From NCBI GenBank assembly GCA_963699755.1, contig CAVOVB010000004.1:1-64000 (forward strand): a stretch of 64,000 nucleotides of DNA, in the 5' to 3' direction. Within the stretch, counting starts at the first letter, position 1. The number at the start of each line of letters is the position of its first letter. The stretch comes from an uncultured delta proteobacterium (GTDB lineage Bacteria > Myxococcota_A > Polyangia > Polyangiales > Houyiibacteriaceae). Below, one piece after another: positions 9,716-20,161 of this stretch. The notes beneath the pieces are model-generated. The model did no database searches, was not told the DNA's origin, and saw only the letters and a list, made by a program, of their open reading frames with translations. The position numbers were made by a program, and so were the translations under genes.

Positions 9716-11194
9716 ATGCTCCCCGTCTCCGTTACGAAGACCTCCGCGCGCTTCGCGCCCGATCCGACCCGGGTGATCACGAAGCCGTTCACGCCCGGAA
9801 GCGAACGCTCGGTGGACGGGCGCTCGCGCCTGGAGCGCATTCTGTCGCGGATCCTGGCGTTGTCCGAGTCAGAGGCCAGGACGACCTTGACCACGACGCA
9901 AGCCCGATTCTCCGCGCGCCACGTTGACTTGCGGTCGGTATTCGAGGCGAACTTCGCGGCCGTCGCGGCAGGACATGTCGCCCGAGCGGACGAGCTCTCG
10001 CCGGAGCGCAAGCTGCTCATCGGCGCCTATTTCACGCAGGAGTACTCGATCGAGTCCGCCGCGCTGAGCAATCCTTCGATCGTGCCGGCGCCCGACCAAG
10101 ATGGCCTCGCTCCGGGCGAGCAGCGCTTCGTCTTGAGCCTGCGGGCCATCGGCGAGGGACACATCTCGTCGATCGAGTTTCGCTCGGGCGTCATCGACGC
10201 GGGCGGCCAGATCGAAATGGAAGCGCCGAGTCGGCAAGTGAGCACCGCGCGCCACCGAGCTCCGGTCTACGAGAAGCACATCTTCCACACCAAACTTCGC
10301 GAGCTCGACGTATACAACGACATCGCCGCCGCCGTCCTCGGTGCGCTCCCCGAGCGGTTCGCGCTCGAGCAGCTCGAGAGCGTGATCCGCGAGGTCGACC
10401 AGCAGCACGTTCACAGAGTCGACGCAGCGCACACCACTCGATCGATCCACTGGCTCGCGACCTCGAACTACGAGAGCTCGTTCGCCTCTGACTCGAAAAT
10501 CTCCGAGCGCGTCCTCTTTCCGGCGGGGCCGACCGAGAGTCACGGGATGGAGGATGCACGCTTCGTCCGTTTCACCCATGACGACGGAACAGTGACATAC
10601 TTCGCTCCGTATACGGCGTACGATGGCTATCAGATCCTCCCGCAGCTGATCGAAACAGCCGACTTCGTGACTTTCAGAATCGCGACGCTGAACGGCGCGT
10701 CCGCCAAGAACAAGGGTATCGCCCTGTTTCCCCGGATGATCGACGGGCGCTATGCCGCGCTTTCCAGGCTGGACAACGAGAACAACTTCCTGATGTGGTC
10801 GGACAACGTCCGCTTCTGGCACCAGAGCGAGGTGATCCAGAGACCCGAGCGTGCCTGGGAAATCACGCAGCTCGGCAATTGCGGGTCCCCTCTCGAAACC
10901 GAAGCGGGCTGGCTCGTGATCACGCACGGCGTCGGCGCGATGCGACAATATGCTCTCGGAGCCATTCTGCTCGATAAAAACAACCCTGCGCACGTCATCG
11001 GTCACCTCACCGAGCCCCTGTTGGAGCCTGCGGCCGACGAGCGGGACGGCTACGTTCCCAACGTCGTCTACTCGTGCGGTAGCATGATTTCGGGCGGGCT
11101 CCTCGTACTGCCCTACGGTTTCTCCGACATCGGCACCCGTATCGCGACGGTGCGCCTCGACGACCTTCTGGCGGAGCTCACCCGGGCTCATTGA
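9716..11194 (+). CDS. Glycoside hydrolase family 130-like glycosidase/phosphorylase
   Basis: EYSIESAALSNPSIV, SLRAIGEGHISSI, GMEDARFV, NKGIALFPR, ERDGYVPNVVYSCG. Confidence 0.88.
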   Translation: MLPVSVTKTSARFAPDPTRVITKPFTPGSERSVDGRSRLERILSRILALSESEARTTLTTTQARFSARHVDLRSVFEANFAAVAAGHVARADELSPERKLLIGAYFTQEYSIESAALSNPSIVPAPDQDGLAPGEQRFVLSLRAIGEGHISSIEFRSGVIDAGGQIEMEAPSRQVSTARHRAPVYEKHIFHTKLRELDVYNDIAAAVLGALPERFALEQLESVIREVDQQHVHRVDAAHTTRSIHWLATSNYESSFASDSKISERVLFPAGPTESHGMEDARFVRFTHDDGTVTYFAPYTAYDGYQILPQLIETADFVTFRIATLNGASAKNKGIALFPRMIDGRYAALSRLDNENNFLMWSDNVRFWHQSEVIQRPERAWEITQLGNCGSPLETEAGWLVITHGVGAMRQYALGAILLDKNNPAHVIGHLTEPLLEPAADERDGYVPNVVYSCGSMISGGLLVLPYGFSDIGTRIATVRLDDLLAELTRAH

Positions 11195-12458
11195 CGGTCG
11201 CGCGCGGACCGTTCCGCGCGCCCTTCGCCTCACAGTAGCGTCGGTACAAACGCCGCAGCTCTGACGAAGGTGCGCGGTAAAACTCGCCGGCATCGACGTC
11301 GATCCAGGCCGAGTCCGCGATGGTAACGCCGGCGTCGGTCGTAGCGACTCGCGTCGCGAAGGCCTCGACAACCGCCACCGTCGGCTTCGGGGAGGCGTCG
11401 GCGCGCCATAGCCCGAAGGATCGCTCGTGGACTGCTCGATCGAGCGGGGGAAGTCCCCAAATCGCCTCTGCATAGTCGGAGTAACACCAGAGCATGGCGC
11501 CCGTAGTACCGCACTCGCGCAGCGCGCGGAGGGCCCGGTCGACGTACGAAGCAGCCTCCTGCTCGTCGACGAGTGCGTGCCCGGAAGCGGCGATGGGACG
11601 TTCACGATCTGGCTCACCACGCTTGGTGGTGGTTGGCACACCGAACTCTGCAAAGAGGACGTCGGCCCCGCCGCCCAGCCATTGCGTCAACCGAGCGAGG
11701 AACGGTAAGACCCGCTCGTCGGTGGGACCGTCCGCCCACGCGGCGTACCCCGGATATCCGTGCATCTGTAGAAAGTCGCAGACCTCGGCGGCCTCCCTCG
11801 GGCCGAGATTTCTATCCTGCTCGAGGTCTTCCATGTGGAGCCCGAGGGTGATGAGCGCGTTCGCATCAGCGCCGCGGATGGAGTCCGTCACTCGCAAGAG
11901 CCACTCCCGGGCGCGGCCCTTGCCCGGGGGGACTGCACAGTTCGAGTTTTCGTTTCCGAGGTCCCATGCCCACAGAGCCGGATGCCCTGCGAGCGCGCCG
12001 GCGACCTCACGTGCGAGTGACGACTGCGCCCCGACAATTGACGCGTCGGAGTACCAGTTCGCGAGGCGCGACGCCGCGACTCGTCCTCCGGAGACGACGC
12101 GAAATCGATCGTCGCCCGCCTCTTCGCCGAGAGCCCAAGGAGGGATCCAGTTCACGCCGCTCATGTGGCCCGTGAAGAGGGTAGGCATGACCGAAAGTCC
12201 GGCGCTTTGCGCCTGGTCCAGGGTCGACACGAGGCGATCGACCATCGTCGAGTCGACGCGCGAAGGGGTGGGTTGGAAGTCCTCCCACGTGAGGAAGATG
12301 CGGACTGAGTCGAATCCACACCCCGCGATGCGAACGAAGTCCGCCCCAACCTCCGCCGGGTCGAATGCCGTCCACCAACCCATCGCCGTGCGAGCGGGCC
12401 AGTAGTTCACGCCGAGCCGAAAGCGAGTGGACCGGGCGGATCGAAGTTCGGCGCTCAC
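11178..12458 (-). CDS. Clan GH-A glycoside hydrolase (GH5-like, putative beta-mannanase/glycanase)
   Basis: GVNYWP, RIFLTWEDFQP, WDLGNE acid/base and FAEFG nucleophile motifs. Confidence 0.82.
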   Translation of the reverse strand: MSAELRSARSTRFRLGVNYWPARTAMGWWTAFDPAEVGADFVRIAGCGFDSVRIFLTWEDFQPTPSRVDSTMVDRLVSTLDQAQSAGLSVMPTLFTGHMSGVNWIPPWALGEEAGDDRFRVVSGGRVAASRLANWYSDASIVGAQSSLAREVAGALAGHPALWAWDLGNENSNCAVPPGKGRAREWLLRVTDSIRGADANALITLGLHMEDLEQDRNLGPREAAEVCDFLQMHGYPGYAAWADGPTDERVLPFLARLTQWLGGGADVLFAEFGVPTTTKRGEPDRERPIAASGHALVDEQEAASYVDRALRALRECGTTGAMLWCYSDYAEAIWGLPPLDRAVHERSFGLWRADASPKPTVAVVEAFATRVATTDAGVTIADSAWIDVDAGEFYRAPSSELRRLYRRYCEAKGARNGPRATVNEPG

Positions 12459-13519
12459 GCGGAGCTCTTCGACGCGGAGCCGCCTAGGATGCGCCGGTAG
12501 ACCGCTATGTACTCGTCGACCATCCGGTCCTTGTCGAAGCGGCGTTCGACCGATGCGCGCACGCCCTCGGGGTTCAACTCAACGATACGGGCTACGGCTT
12601 CCGCGGCCTCGGCGGCCGAGTCGACGAGGCGGCCGTTCACGCCCTCCGCGATGATCTCCGGCATCGATCCGCGTCGGGTGGCGATCACCGGGGTCCCGCA
12701 GGCCATCGCCTCGACCACGCTGAAGCCGAACGGCTCGTCGAAGCTCACGAGATGGAGCAGTGCGCGCGCGCCGCCGAGGAGCTCGCTCTTCCCCTCGGGC
12801 CCGACCGCGCCCACGAACCGCACTCGGTCGCCGTCGATGTGAGGCTCGACCGCGCGCTCGAAATAGCCTCGATCCTGAACGATACCGGCGATCACCAGGG
12901 GCACCCCCGCACGCCGAGCGACGAGAATGGCCTCCTCGGTGCCCTTGTCCGGATGAATACGGCCGAAGAACAGGAGATAGTCGCGCGGGACGGTGCCGAT
13001 CGCGAATGCGCCCATGTCGATACCGTGATGAATGGTGGCCGCGTATTCGAGTGAAGGGTGTCGATCGGCATCGCTGATGGCGACGTAGTGGGTGCGCCCG
13101 TTGTACTTCTGATAGACGGGGAGGATTCGCTCGGAGGAAAACCCGTGGATCGTGGTGACGAGCGGCGTGTCCACCAATCGAGAGAAGCTCAGGGGCAAGA
13201 AGTCGAAGCTGTTGTGGATGAGGTCGAACTCGGAGGCGCGCTCGAATACGGCGGAGATGTGCAGGCACTCCCAGACCTTCGCGTCGATGGCTGAGTCTTC
13301 GGAGTATCCGCGTGGGGCGATCCCGACGAGCCGAGCCTTGGTGATCGAGTCACTGGTGGCAAAGAGGGTGACGTCGAGTCCCTGGTGCACCAGGCCCTCG
13401 GTCAGGAGCGAGACGAATTGCTCCCAAGGTCCGTAATGTCGGGGAGGAACACGCCAGGAGATCGGGGCGAGCACCGCCACGCGGAGCGGAGCCATGGCGT
13501 CGAGCGAAGGCGACGTCAC
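12455..13519 (-). CDS. Glycosyltransferase family 4
   Basis: VPPRHYGPWE, FFGRIHPDKG, EPFGFSVVEAMACGTPVI. Confidence 0.92.
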   Translation of the reverse strand: MTSPSLDAMAPLRVAVLAPISWRVPPRHYGPWEQFVSLLTEGLVHQGLDVTLFATSDSITKARLVGIAPRGYSEDSAIDAKVWECLHISAVFERASEFDLIHNSFDFLPLSFSRLVDTPLVTTIHGFSSERILPVYQKYNGRTHYVAISDADRHPSLEYAATIHHGIDMGAFAIGTVPRDYLLFFGRIHPDKGTEEAILVARRAGVPLVIAGIVQDRGYFERAVEPHIDGDRVRFVGAVGPEGKSELLGGARALLHLVSFDEPFGFSVVEAMACGTPVIATRRGSMPEIIAEGVNGRLVDSAAEAAEAVARIVELNPEGVRASVERRFDKDRMVDEYIAVYRRILGGSASKSSA

Positions 13520-15828
13520 GCCGAGCCTTCGCCGGTTGGAAAGGAGCTAACGCTCTCGTCACGCAGCTGCTTCTCGGAGTCGAGCGCCCCCATCTCGGTG
13601 AGCGCGAGCAAGAACGAGAGCGTCGACTCGGCCCCTTGATTTTCGTTCGGTCGATCTGGGTGGAGCCCGTCGAGGCAGCCCCCGGTGGTGGGGTCGTAGA
13701 GTGGCGCTTGCAGTTGGTTCTCACCCAGAAACCAACTGAACGCACGCCACATCTCCCGTGGCCATTCCTCGTCGCCGGAGACGCGCCACGCGTCGAGGCA
13801 TGCGGATACGGTGGCGCAGGCTTCGAGGGGTTGCTGGTCGAAGTGCGCCCTCTCGGCGTGTCGCACGTAGAACCCATTCGATCCGACCGGGGCGAAATAG
13901 CCTTCGTGTGAGCGCTGGATCTCGTTCAGCCAGCGAAGGGACTCGAGTCCGGCCGCCACCATTTCTCGATCACCCAACTGATTGCCAGAGACGATCAGGG
14001 CCTGCGGAAGGCGCGCGTTGTCGTATGCGATGACGTCTTCGCACCATGGCCAGCCCTGACCACCGTTCGCCTGGAATCTCGACAAGAGCCGGCCGGACAG
14101 CTCCTTCTGCAACACCTCGATCGCGCTCTCTCCTCGAAACGCACGCAGATATTCGTGGATACCAAGGAGCGCGAAGGCCCAAGCCCTGGAGCTCTGGAGC
14201 TCTGAGACCGCCGGCAGCGCAGCGTGAAACAGCTCGCTGCCGAGGCTCTTACGCCCCGGTTGGCGAGCGCGACCCACCACAGCGCCAAGCGCCCAGAGAG
14301 CACGACCGTGACTGTCCTCACTCCCGCGCTCTTCCACCCATTCCCGGGAATACGCCATGAAGTTTCGGAACCGCCGCGAGTCCTGGTTGAACGCATGACT
14401 CACGAACGCGAGGTAGCGCGAAGACAAAGCGCGAGTGGTCGCACGGTCGTCGGTCCCTGCGTCCTCGATCAAGGTCGTCAAGAGCAGGGCGCGGGCGTTG
14501 TCGTCGAGGCAGTACCCGTCCTCGTAGCGCGGAATCGAGAAGAGAGCATGCTGGAGGATGCCGGTGTCATCCGTCAGCCCGCGCAGGTGCTGAAGGTTGA
14601 TCTCGGGCAGGTCGATCAGGCGTCTCGTGACTGTTCTCGACGCGATGAAAGAGCGGCGCAAGGTCGCGCTTTGCTGGTGAGCACGCTCGAAGCTCGTGAC
14701 GTACTGCCGCGCAACGGACGGCCAGACCATGTCGCGACCATATTCGGCGGCGCGTGCGCCGATCATGCGGAGCCCCGCGGGATCGCGAAGCAGCTCATCG
14801 AGCGCCGCGCTGATTGCAGCGGAGTCCCTCCATGGGACGAGAACGCCGCGGCCGTCAGCCAAGAGCTCGCGTGCATATCGATAAGGCGTCGAGATGACGG
14901 CCTTTCCGTTCCCGAGCGCGTACGCCAGCGTTCCCGAGGTGATCTGCTCGGGGTTGAGGTACGGGGTGATGTAGATGTCCGCCGCAGCCAAGAACTCGGC
15001 GAGCTCAGAAGTGCTCACGAAGCGATCGTGAAAGACGACGTGCGCTTCCACGCCGAGCTTGTGGGCACGAAGCTCGAGGCTGCGCCGGTAGACTTCGCCG
15101 TGCCACTCCTTTACGTGCGGATGCGTGGCGCCGACAACCAGATAGGTCGCGGTAGGGTGGCGTGCGACGACGGCGGGGAGGGCGTCGATGACGTATTCGA
15201 TTCCTTTGTCCGGCGACAAGAGCCCGAAGGTGAGAATCAGGGACATCCCCTCGACACCTAGACGCTTCTTGCTGTCTTCACTGCTCGGCAAAGTGGGGAT
15301 CCCGTGAGGGATGAAGTCGATTTTGTCGGCCGGCACCCCGTGCACTTGGCGCAAGAGCTCACCGCCGCAGTGACTCATCACGATCAAACGGCTCGATAGC
15401 CGCGTGATCTCGTCCATCACGCGGCGCTGCTCCTCCGTGGGCTCGCTGAGGATGGTGTGTAGCGTCGTCAGGATCGGCATGCGCGCCTCGGTGAGGAGGC
15501 CGAGGATGTGGCTGCCCGCTTTGCCTCCGAAGATGCCGTACTCGTGTTGGAGACAAAGTACGTCGAACCCCCCCACGTTCAAGAAGTCGGTCGCACGGCG
15601 ATATGACGCGAGGTCGCTCTCGGCGATCTCGAATCGGACTCGATCGCCGTAGGCGTGGCGTCTCCCAGCGTCGTTCATGGCGACGACGGCGCACTCGATG
15701 CCCGGGAACGTCGACGAGATTGCATCCGCGAGGTCGGTGGTGAACGTAGCGATCCCACACTGCCGCGGGAGGTGGTTTCCCAGGAGCGCTACCCGGTGGA
15801 CTGCCCCTGAGTTCTGTTCCTTGCTCAT
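13516..15828 (-). CDS. GT4 glycosyltransferase fused to a C-terminal (alpha/alpha)-barrel-like domain
   Basis: PRQCGIATFT, QHEYGIFGG, FGLLSPDKGIE, QITSGTL; C-terminal TDDTGILQH, YCLDDNARAL, FDQQPLE, NQGAESTL. Confidence 0.9.
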   Translation of the reverse strand: MSKEQNSGAVHRVALLGNHLPRQCGIATFTTDLADAISSTFPGIECAVVAMNDAGRRHAYGDRVRFEIAESDLASYRRATDFLNVGGFDVLCLQHEYGIFGGKAGSHILGLLTEARMPILTTLHTILSEPTEEQRRVMDEITRLSSRLIVMSHCGGELLRQVHGVPADKIDFIPHGIPTLPSSEDSKKRLGVEGMSLILTFGLLSPDKGIEYVIDALPAVVARHPTATYLVVGATHPHVKEWHGEVYRRSLELRAHKLGVEAHVVFHDRFVSTSELAEFLAAADIYITPYLNPEQITSGTLAYALGNGKAVISTPYRYARELLADGRGVLVPWRDSAAISAALDELLRDPAGLRMIGARAAEYGRDMVWPSVARQYVTSFERAHQQSATLRRSFIASRTVTRRLIDLPEINLQHLRGLTDDTGILQHALFSIPRYEDGYCLDDNARALLLTTLIEDAGTDDRATTRALSSRYLAFVSHAFNQDSRRFRNFMAYSREWVEERGSEDSHGRALWALGAVVGRARQPGRKSLGSELFHAALPAVSELQSSRAWAFALLGIHEYLRAFRGESAIEVLQKELSGRLLSRFQANGGQGWPWCEDVIAYDNARLPQALIVSGNQLGDREMVAAGLESLRWLNEIQRSHEGYFAPVGSNGFYVRHAERAHFDQQPLEACATVSACLDAWRVSGDEEWPREMWRAFSWFLGENQLQAPLYDPTTGGCLDGLHPDRPNENQGAESTLSFLLALTEMGALDSEKQLRDESVSSFPTGEGSA

Positions 15829-15841
15829 GTGCTCATTCCGT

Positions 15842-17050
15842 TCACGTCTTTCGCCGTGTGCGGACTTCGTCGAAAAACGGCGTGCTCTGCCGTTCGACGC
15901 ACGCTACCGCATAGAGATACATCGCGGCAGACCAGCTCTGCCAGTCACAGCCCATGGGTTTGCCGGTTTGGGCTTTTATCCACTCGTTGAAGCCCCATGT
16001 GAGCGACTCCCGCCGATGCAGCGTGACGAGGTCTGTCAGCGCCAACAGCTTGCGCCGTGCAAGATCTTGACGACCCGCAGCCACGCAAGTCGCCACGTAG
16101 AATCCGCAAATGAAAGGCCAGATCCCGCCGTTGTGGTACTCACCGGCTTGGTTGAACCCCTCGTAGCGCGGTCGCCAGTCGGGGTCGTCTCCGCGTACGT
16201 ATGGCAGCAGACATGGCGGCAGATCGACGGCGAGCTCACCCTGCTCCCTCAGAGCAGCGCATTCGGCTTCGACCCACCGCACGATTCGTTCGCAGCGGCT
16301 TCTGGAAGCGATTCCGGTGAGGGACGCCAGGCAGTTGCCGAGAAGATCGAAGCGCTCGTTGTTGTAGACCTTGTACGCGTACATCGCGAAATATGGTTTG
16401 GAGGGTACGATAAGCCCCTCGTGGATGTGGTGATTGCCGACGTCCCGCCGCACGTCCAGCCGGTTCATGAGAGAGCTGAGCTTCTCAGCCTCCTCGTCTC
16501 GGCCGTGAAGTCTGAGGTAGGTATGAACCAAGCTGTTCACGTACAGGCCGTATCCGAGGACCCAATGCTCGTCGCGCCAGTCGCTGGTGGGGAGCTGCCC
16601 GACCATCACCGTATCGTCCGGGCTCTGATATTGCATCCAGGTCAGAGCCTTTTGAATTCGCTCGGAGAGGAACCCATCGTTTCCGGTCACTTGGCGGTAG
16701 AGGCCGACAGCGATGAGAAACAAGGGTGTCGAGTCGCTAGACCCTAGGTTATCGGGATCGTGGACCAACGATGGGATGTGGCCATGTTGGGTCTGATTCT
16801 GAGCCAGCACGGTGAGCGTCCGGCCCAGAGTCTCGACCAGCTCCTCGCTGCCGCTGACCAGGATTCCGAACGCCGAAAGCATGAGGTCACGCGTGTAGGG
16901 CTCAGGGTAACCCCACCCCGCAGTGCGAGGCAGACCGGCCACTGGCCCGGACGCATTGTGCAGGAGAACCTCGACAGCAGCCTGCTTCGCCTCCAGGACC
17001 GACTCCGGTAAGGGGGCGCCGCGCTTGGTACTTTGAGACACAGCTGTCAC
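15842..17050 (-). CDS. Six-hairpin glycoside hydrolase (GH100/amylo-alpha-1,6-glucosidase-like)
   Basis: YPEPYTRD, DSTPLF, SDWRDE, YHNGGIWPF, FNEW..QSWSAA; start codon uncertain. Confidence 0.8.
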   Translation of the reverse strand: MTAVSQSTKRGAPLPESVLEAKQAAVEVLLHNASGPVAGLPRTAGWGYPEPYTRDLMLSAFGILVSGSEELVETLGRTLTVLAQNQTQHGHIPSLVHDPDNLGSSDSTPLFLIAVGLYRQVTGNDGFLSERIQKALTWMQYQSPDDTVMVGQLPTSDWRDEHWVLGYGLYVNSLVHTYLRLHGRDEEAEKLSSLMNRLDVRRDVGNHHIHEGLIVPSKPYFAMYAYKVYNNERFDLLGNCLASLTGIASRSRCERIVRWVEAECAALREQGELAVDLPPCLLPYVRGDDPDWRPRYEGFNQAGEYHNGGIWPFICGFYVATCVAAGRQDLARRKLLALTDLVTLHRRESLTWGFNEWIKAQTGKPMGCDWQSWSAAMYLYAVACVERQSTPFFDEVRTRRKT

Positions 17051-17054
17051 GACC

Positions 17055-18197
17055 TTAGCGAATACCCAATCGATCCCCGACGATCTCGACAAAGCGTCTG
17101 GCGACAATTCGATAGTCGAATCGTTCGACCACGCGGTCTCGCCCAGCCTTGCCCATTCGCTTCCGTAGCTCGGCGTCGCGCATGAGCGCTAGCAGGTAAG
17201 TGGCGATGTCGTTGACGTTGGCGCGATAGTCCGATGTCCGGGGCTGGGCAAAGGCCACCGAGGAATTCGGCTGGAAACCCTGATCCTCGCCGAGGACAGC
17301 CTCGCTGATCATGATCTCCTTTGCCACACCGGCGAGAAATGCGGTTTCGCCATGTACCATCGTGTCACGAAAGGCCATGGCATCGATGGCAATGACCGGC
17401 TTCTCGCAGGCATTGGCTTCTACCTGAATCATACCGAACCCCTCGAGGCGAGAGGGTGCAGCATAGATGTCGCAAGCCGCTAGAAGGTAAGGCATGATGT
17501 TTCGCGAGAAGCGCCCAGTCGAGATGATGACATTCTTGTCGATGCCGAGATGGGCCGCCAGCTGGAGATCGAGCAGATTCTGCTGATCCGTGCGGGGTTG
17601 GGGCCATACCTTGCACACGTACTTCCAGTCGGGAGCCTCCACGTCGATCTTCGCGAGCGCCTGCATCACCTCTTGAGCACCTTTAGAGGCTGCATCACCG
17701 CCCACTGTCAGAATGAAGATCTGGTCATCGGCCACACCCAGCGTTTCTCGGATGGCGCGGACTTTTGGATCGTTTCGGGCCCGTGGAATGAAGCGCTCGG
17801 TTTCACAGCCTACCGGGAGCACCTCGATGATGTCGCCTCGTACGCCGTCGCGAACATAGGTTTCCTTGACCCACGTCGAGGTGACCAATATCAGAGGCAA
17901 GTCATTGAGCACCTCCTGGTAGTTCGCAATGTAGCCATCTGCCACGAACCACGGGACCGGTGTCGCACCGTAGCGCTGCGGATGTTGGATCAGATGAGGA
18001 GTGTGTCCCCAGTATCCAATACCCACGACGACATCGGGCTCGAACCAGCGATAGTACCATTCCTTTTCCTGCGGCGCTTCGAAGTTCGCGGCATGGGCGT
18101 CTACGCCGAGCTCGAGCAGTCCGCGGTATAAGAGGTCGCCCTGCGTCGCAAGGCCAGCCGGACTCGGGGGGTAATCGTAAAGGATTAGAGCCTTCAT
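17055..18197 (-). CDS. Glycosyltransferase family 4
   Basis: ASKGAQE, PSRLEGFGMIQVEANACEKPVI. Confidence 0.9.
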   Translation of the reverse strand: MKALILYDYPPSPAGLATQGDLLYRGLLELGVDAHAANFEAPQEKEWYYRWFEPDVVVGIGYWGHTPHLIQHPQRYGATPVPWFVADGYIANYQEVLNDLPLILVTSTWVKETYVRDGVRGDIIEVLPVGCETERFIPRARNDPKVRAIRETLGVADDQIFILTVGGDAASKGAQEVMQALAKIDVEAPDWKYVCKVWPQPRTDQQNLLDLQLAAHLGIDKNVIISTGRFSRNIMPYLLAACDIYAAPSRLEGFGMIQVEANACEKPVIAIDAMAFRDTMVHGETAFLAGVAKEIMISEAVLGEDQGFQPNSSVAFAQPRTSDYRANVNDIATYLLALMRDAELRKRMGKAGRDRVVERFDYRIVARRFVEIVGDRLGIR

Positions 18198-18835
18198 GGG
18201 TCAGAGCTCCATCGTTGCACGCGCTCGTGGGCTGAGGTGGCGTCGTCGAAGCACCACCAAGCCTCTTCGCGCGGCGCAACCCGTACCTCCCAGCTCTCGT
18301 CAGTGAAGCCGTAGAGATCGGTCAAGACCCGTCGTTTCTCGCGCCAGACGTTTGGGGGAAGCAATTCGTGTCCGTTCGCATCTGATCGCGCCACGGGCGG
18401 GTGGGCGCCGTCTCCGTCCTCGTACGCAAACATCCAAAGGCGTCGGGTAGAAAGCTGCTTGGCGCGCCATAATGACGACACACCTCGGCAGCACTCCTCA
18501 TGCCGACGATGACGCGTATATTCGCCGCCCGGCCCGTGCGTCAGGATCAGGTCGAACTCGCGTGGCGGCAACAGTCGTAGGATCGTCTCTTCAACCTCCG
18601 CGGCCGGTAACGGCCGCTGATCGGGGCCATCGTCCAGATCAGCCATTTCCCCCTCTGCCCCAAACAGCCTGAGAACGCTGTGGAAGCGCGACGCGCGGTC
18701 CTGGTCGGAGCCACGGCACAGGGTGACGATACGCCAGTGCCAGTCCAGATGCTGGAGAATGAGCCCACCACACCAAAGTGTCTCGTCATCGGGGTGAGCG
18801 ACGACGACAGCGACTTGGAGTGGTGTCTTCGTCAC
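18194..18835 (-). CDS. PIG-L/LmbE family deacetylase
   Basis: VVAHPDDETLW and THGPGGEYTRHRRHEE motifs; start uncertain. Confidence 0.85.
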   Translation of the reverse strand: MTKTPLQVAVVVAHPDDETLWCGGLILQHLDWHWRIVTLCRGSDQDRASRFHSVLRLFGAEGEMADLDDGPDQRPLPAAEVEETILRLLPPREFDLILTHGPGGEYTRHRRHEECCRGVSSLWRAKQLSTRRLWMFAYEDGDGAHPPVARSDANGHELLPPNVWREKRRVLTDLYGFTDESWEVRVAPREEAWWCFDDATSAHERVQRWSSDP

Positions 18836-18884
18836 GTTCCGAGCTCCCAGGACCCCGCTCGCCAGCCGCATCCGCCGTCGCCAC

Positions 18885-19013
18885 TCACTTCTTTCCAGTA
18901 AATGCCGCCTTCTTGACCTGAGCCGCTGCCTCTCGGCGCTGTTTGTCGTCCTTTTTTGTCTGTTGCTTCTGGTTAGCCTTGCGGTTCTTCTGTTTCGGGG
19001 ACTTGTCGCCCAT
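18885..19013 (-). CDS. 42-aa Lys/Gln-rich small protein (below the ORF-track cutoff)
   Basis: MGDKSPKQKNRKANQKQQTKKDDKQRREAAAQVKKAAFTGKK*, preceded by a strong SD (GGGAGGTGAGCC-ATG). Confidence 0.75.
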   Translation of the reverse strand: MGDKSPKQKNRKANQKQQTKKDDKQRREAAAQVKKAAFTGKK

Positions 19014-19789
19014 GGCTCACCTCCCATGCTCGGAAGCGAATCGCCCATGGCTCGCCGTCGAGTGAATGCACTGTCGCATGGGGGCGGCGGCTTGTCTTGC
19101 CGATTTCAATCCTGCGCGATTCGACGAATCTAGTCTTCCCCGGCGCCGCCGTACATTACGTGGTACTGTTCCGGTGTGAGCGAGGTACGGATAGGTGGCA
19201 TTTTGCGAAACGCTTGGAAGACGTTCCGTCTCGATGCAATTCGTGCTGTCGTCCAACAAACGATCGGTGATCTCGAGGTCTTGACTGCTGCCCAAGTGGT
19301 GGGAGGGGAGCCTTCGCGATCCGAGCTCGAATTGGAGACGGGTTCACTTCGTGCGGCCCTCGATGCATGCTGCGACTAGCTCCGCGAAGGCTGCGGGCTA
19401 CCCACGTCACCCCAGCCATCAGCACAAGTTCAGTCAATGCATGCCGCCGATGCCGACTGGACCCAAAGCTTTTCACACGCCCTAGAGGTTTATCGTATCG
19501 CGGCGTGCAGGGAGTTGGACGCTTCCCTTGCTGCCCTAGCGTTGCCTCCCGAGAGATCAACCGCGCTGGAAACGTCGTAGCTACCCGCAGCGAGACGGCA
19601 CGAAAGCTCCTGACTTGGCTTCCGCAAGTGGCGCGCCAAGCTTTGGGTGGGATGTGTTGCGCGCAGGGCGTACAGGGGCCAGGCCACTGATCAGCGACAG
19701 CGGCATCGAGATCAGCTGAGGGCCGCACTTTTCGAGGTCGAAGGCAGGCACCGAGCTGCAGTGGACGAACCGCGACACACCGCATGCCA

Positions 19790-19894
19790 TCGCAGCCCGC
19801 GCGGCATTCCGCGGACCTTATCGCCGGGATCGAGGAGCGCGCGGACGAGGTTTGCGCCCACATGACCGTAGGCGCCAGCGACGACGGTAAGCAC
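19790..19894 (-). pseudogene. N-terminal remnant of an NAD-dependent epimerase/dehydratase
   Basis: VVAGAYGHVGANLVRALL..GDKVR Rossmann start, after which similarity is lost. Confidence 0.6.
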
Positions 19895-20014
19895 GGTCGA
19901 GATAATATGGTGCGTTCCCGTCCTGTCTAGTCGCTACGAACCAAGAAGCGCGGACGTTTGGGCTGTCATTGCTCAGAACGTTGTCTGTCGCGAGACGTCA
20001 GCCGTGATGATCGT

Positions 20015-20082
20015 CGGGTGTAGGTTGACCCCGAGCGTGGGAACATGGACAATTGTGCGGTCGATGGGGTTCTGAGGAGGCA
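20015..20082. repeat. Conserved unit-start motif, further copy
   Basis: ~70-bp similarity to 9505-9576. Confidence 0.7.
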
Positions 20083-20161
20083 GAGGAGAGCGGCCTGCTG
20101 GGCGCCGGGGGGAGGTAGCCGGCGTGTCTATGTGATAGACAGTGCTTTAAGGGGGGTTGCG

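Noticed and set aside
9869..11653. 594-aa minus-strand ORF and similar long shadow ORFs (e.g. 14224-15261, 37033-38028, 45629-46774)
   Set aside because: Antisense to well-supported genes; typical high-GC shadow frames with no motifs.
19176..19690. Short plus-strand ORFs, one vaguely Crp-HTH-like
   Set aside because: Similarity too weak to call without a search; probably decayed sequence.
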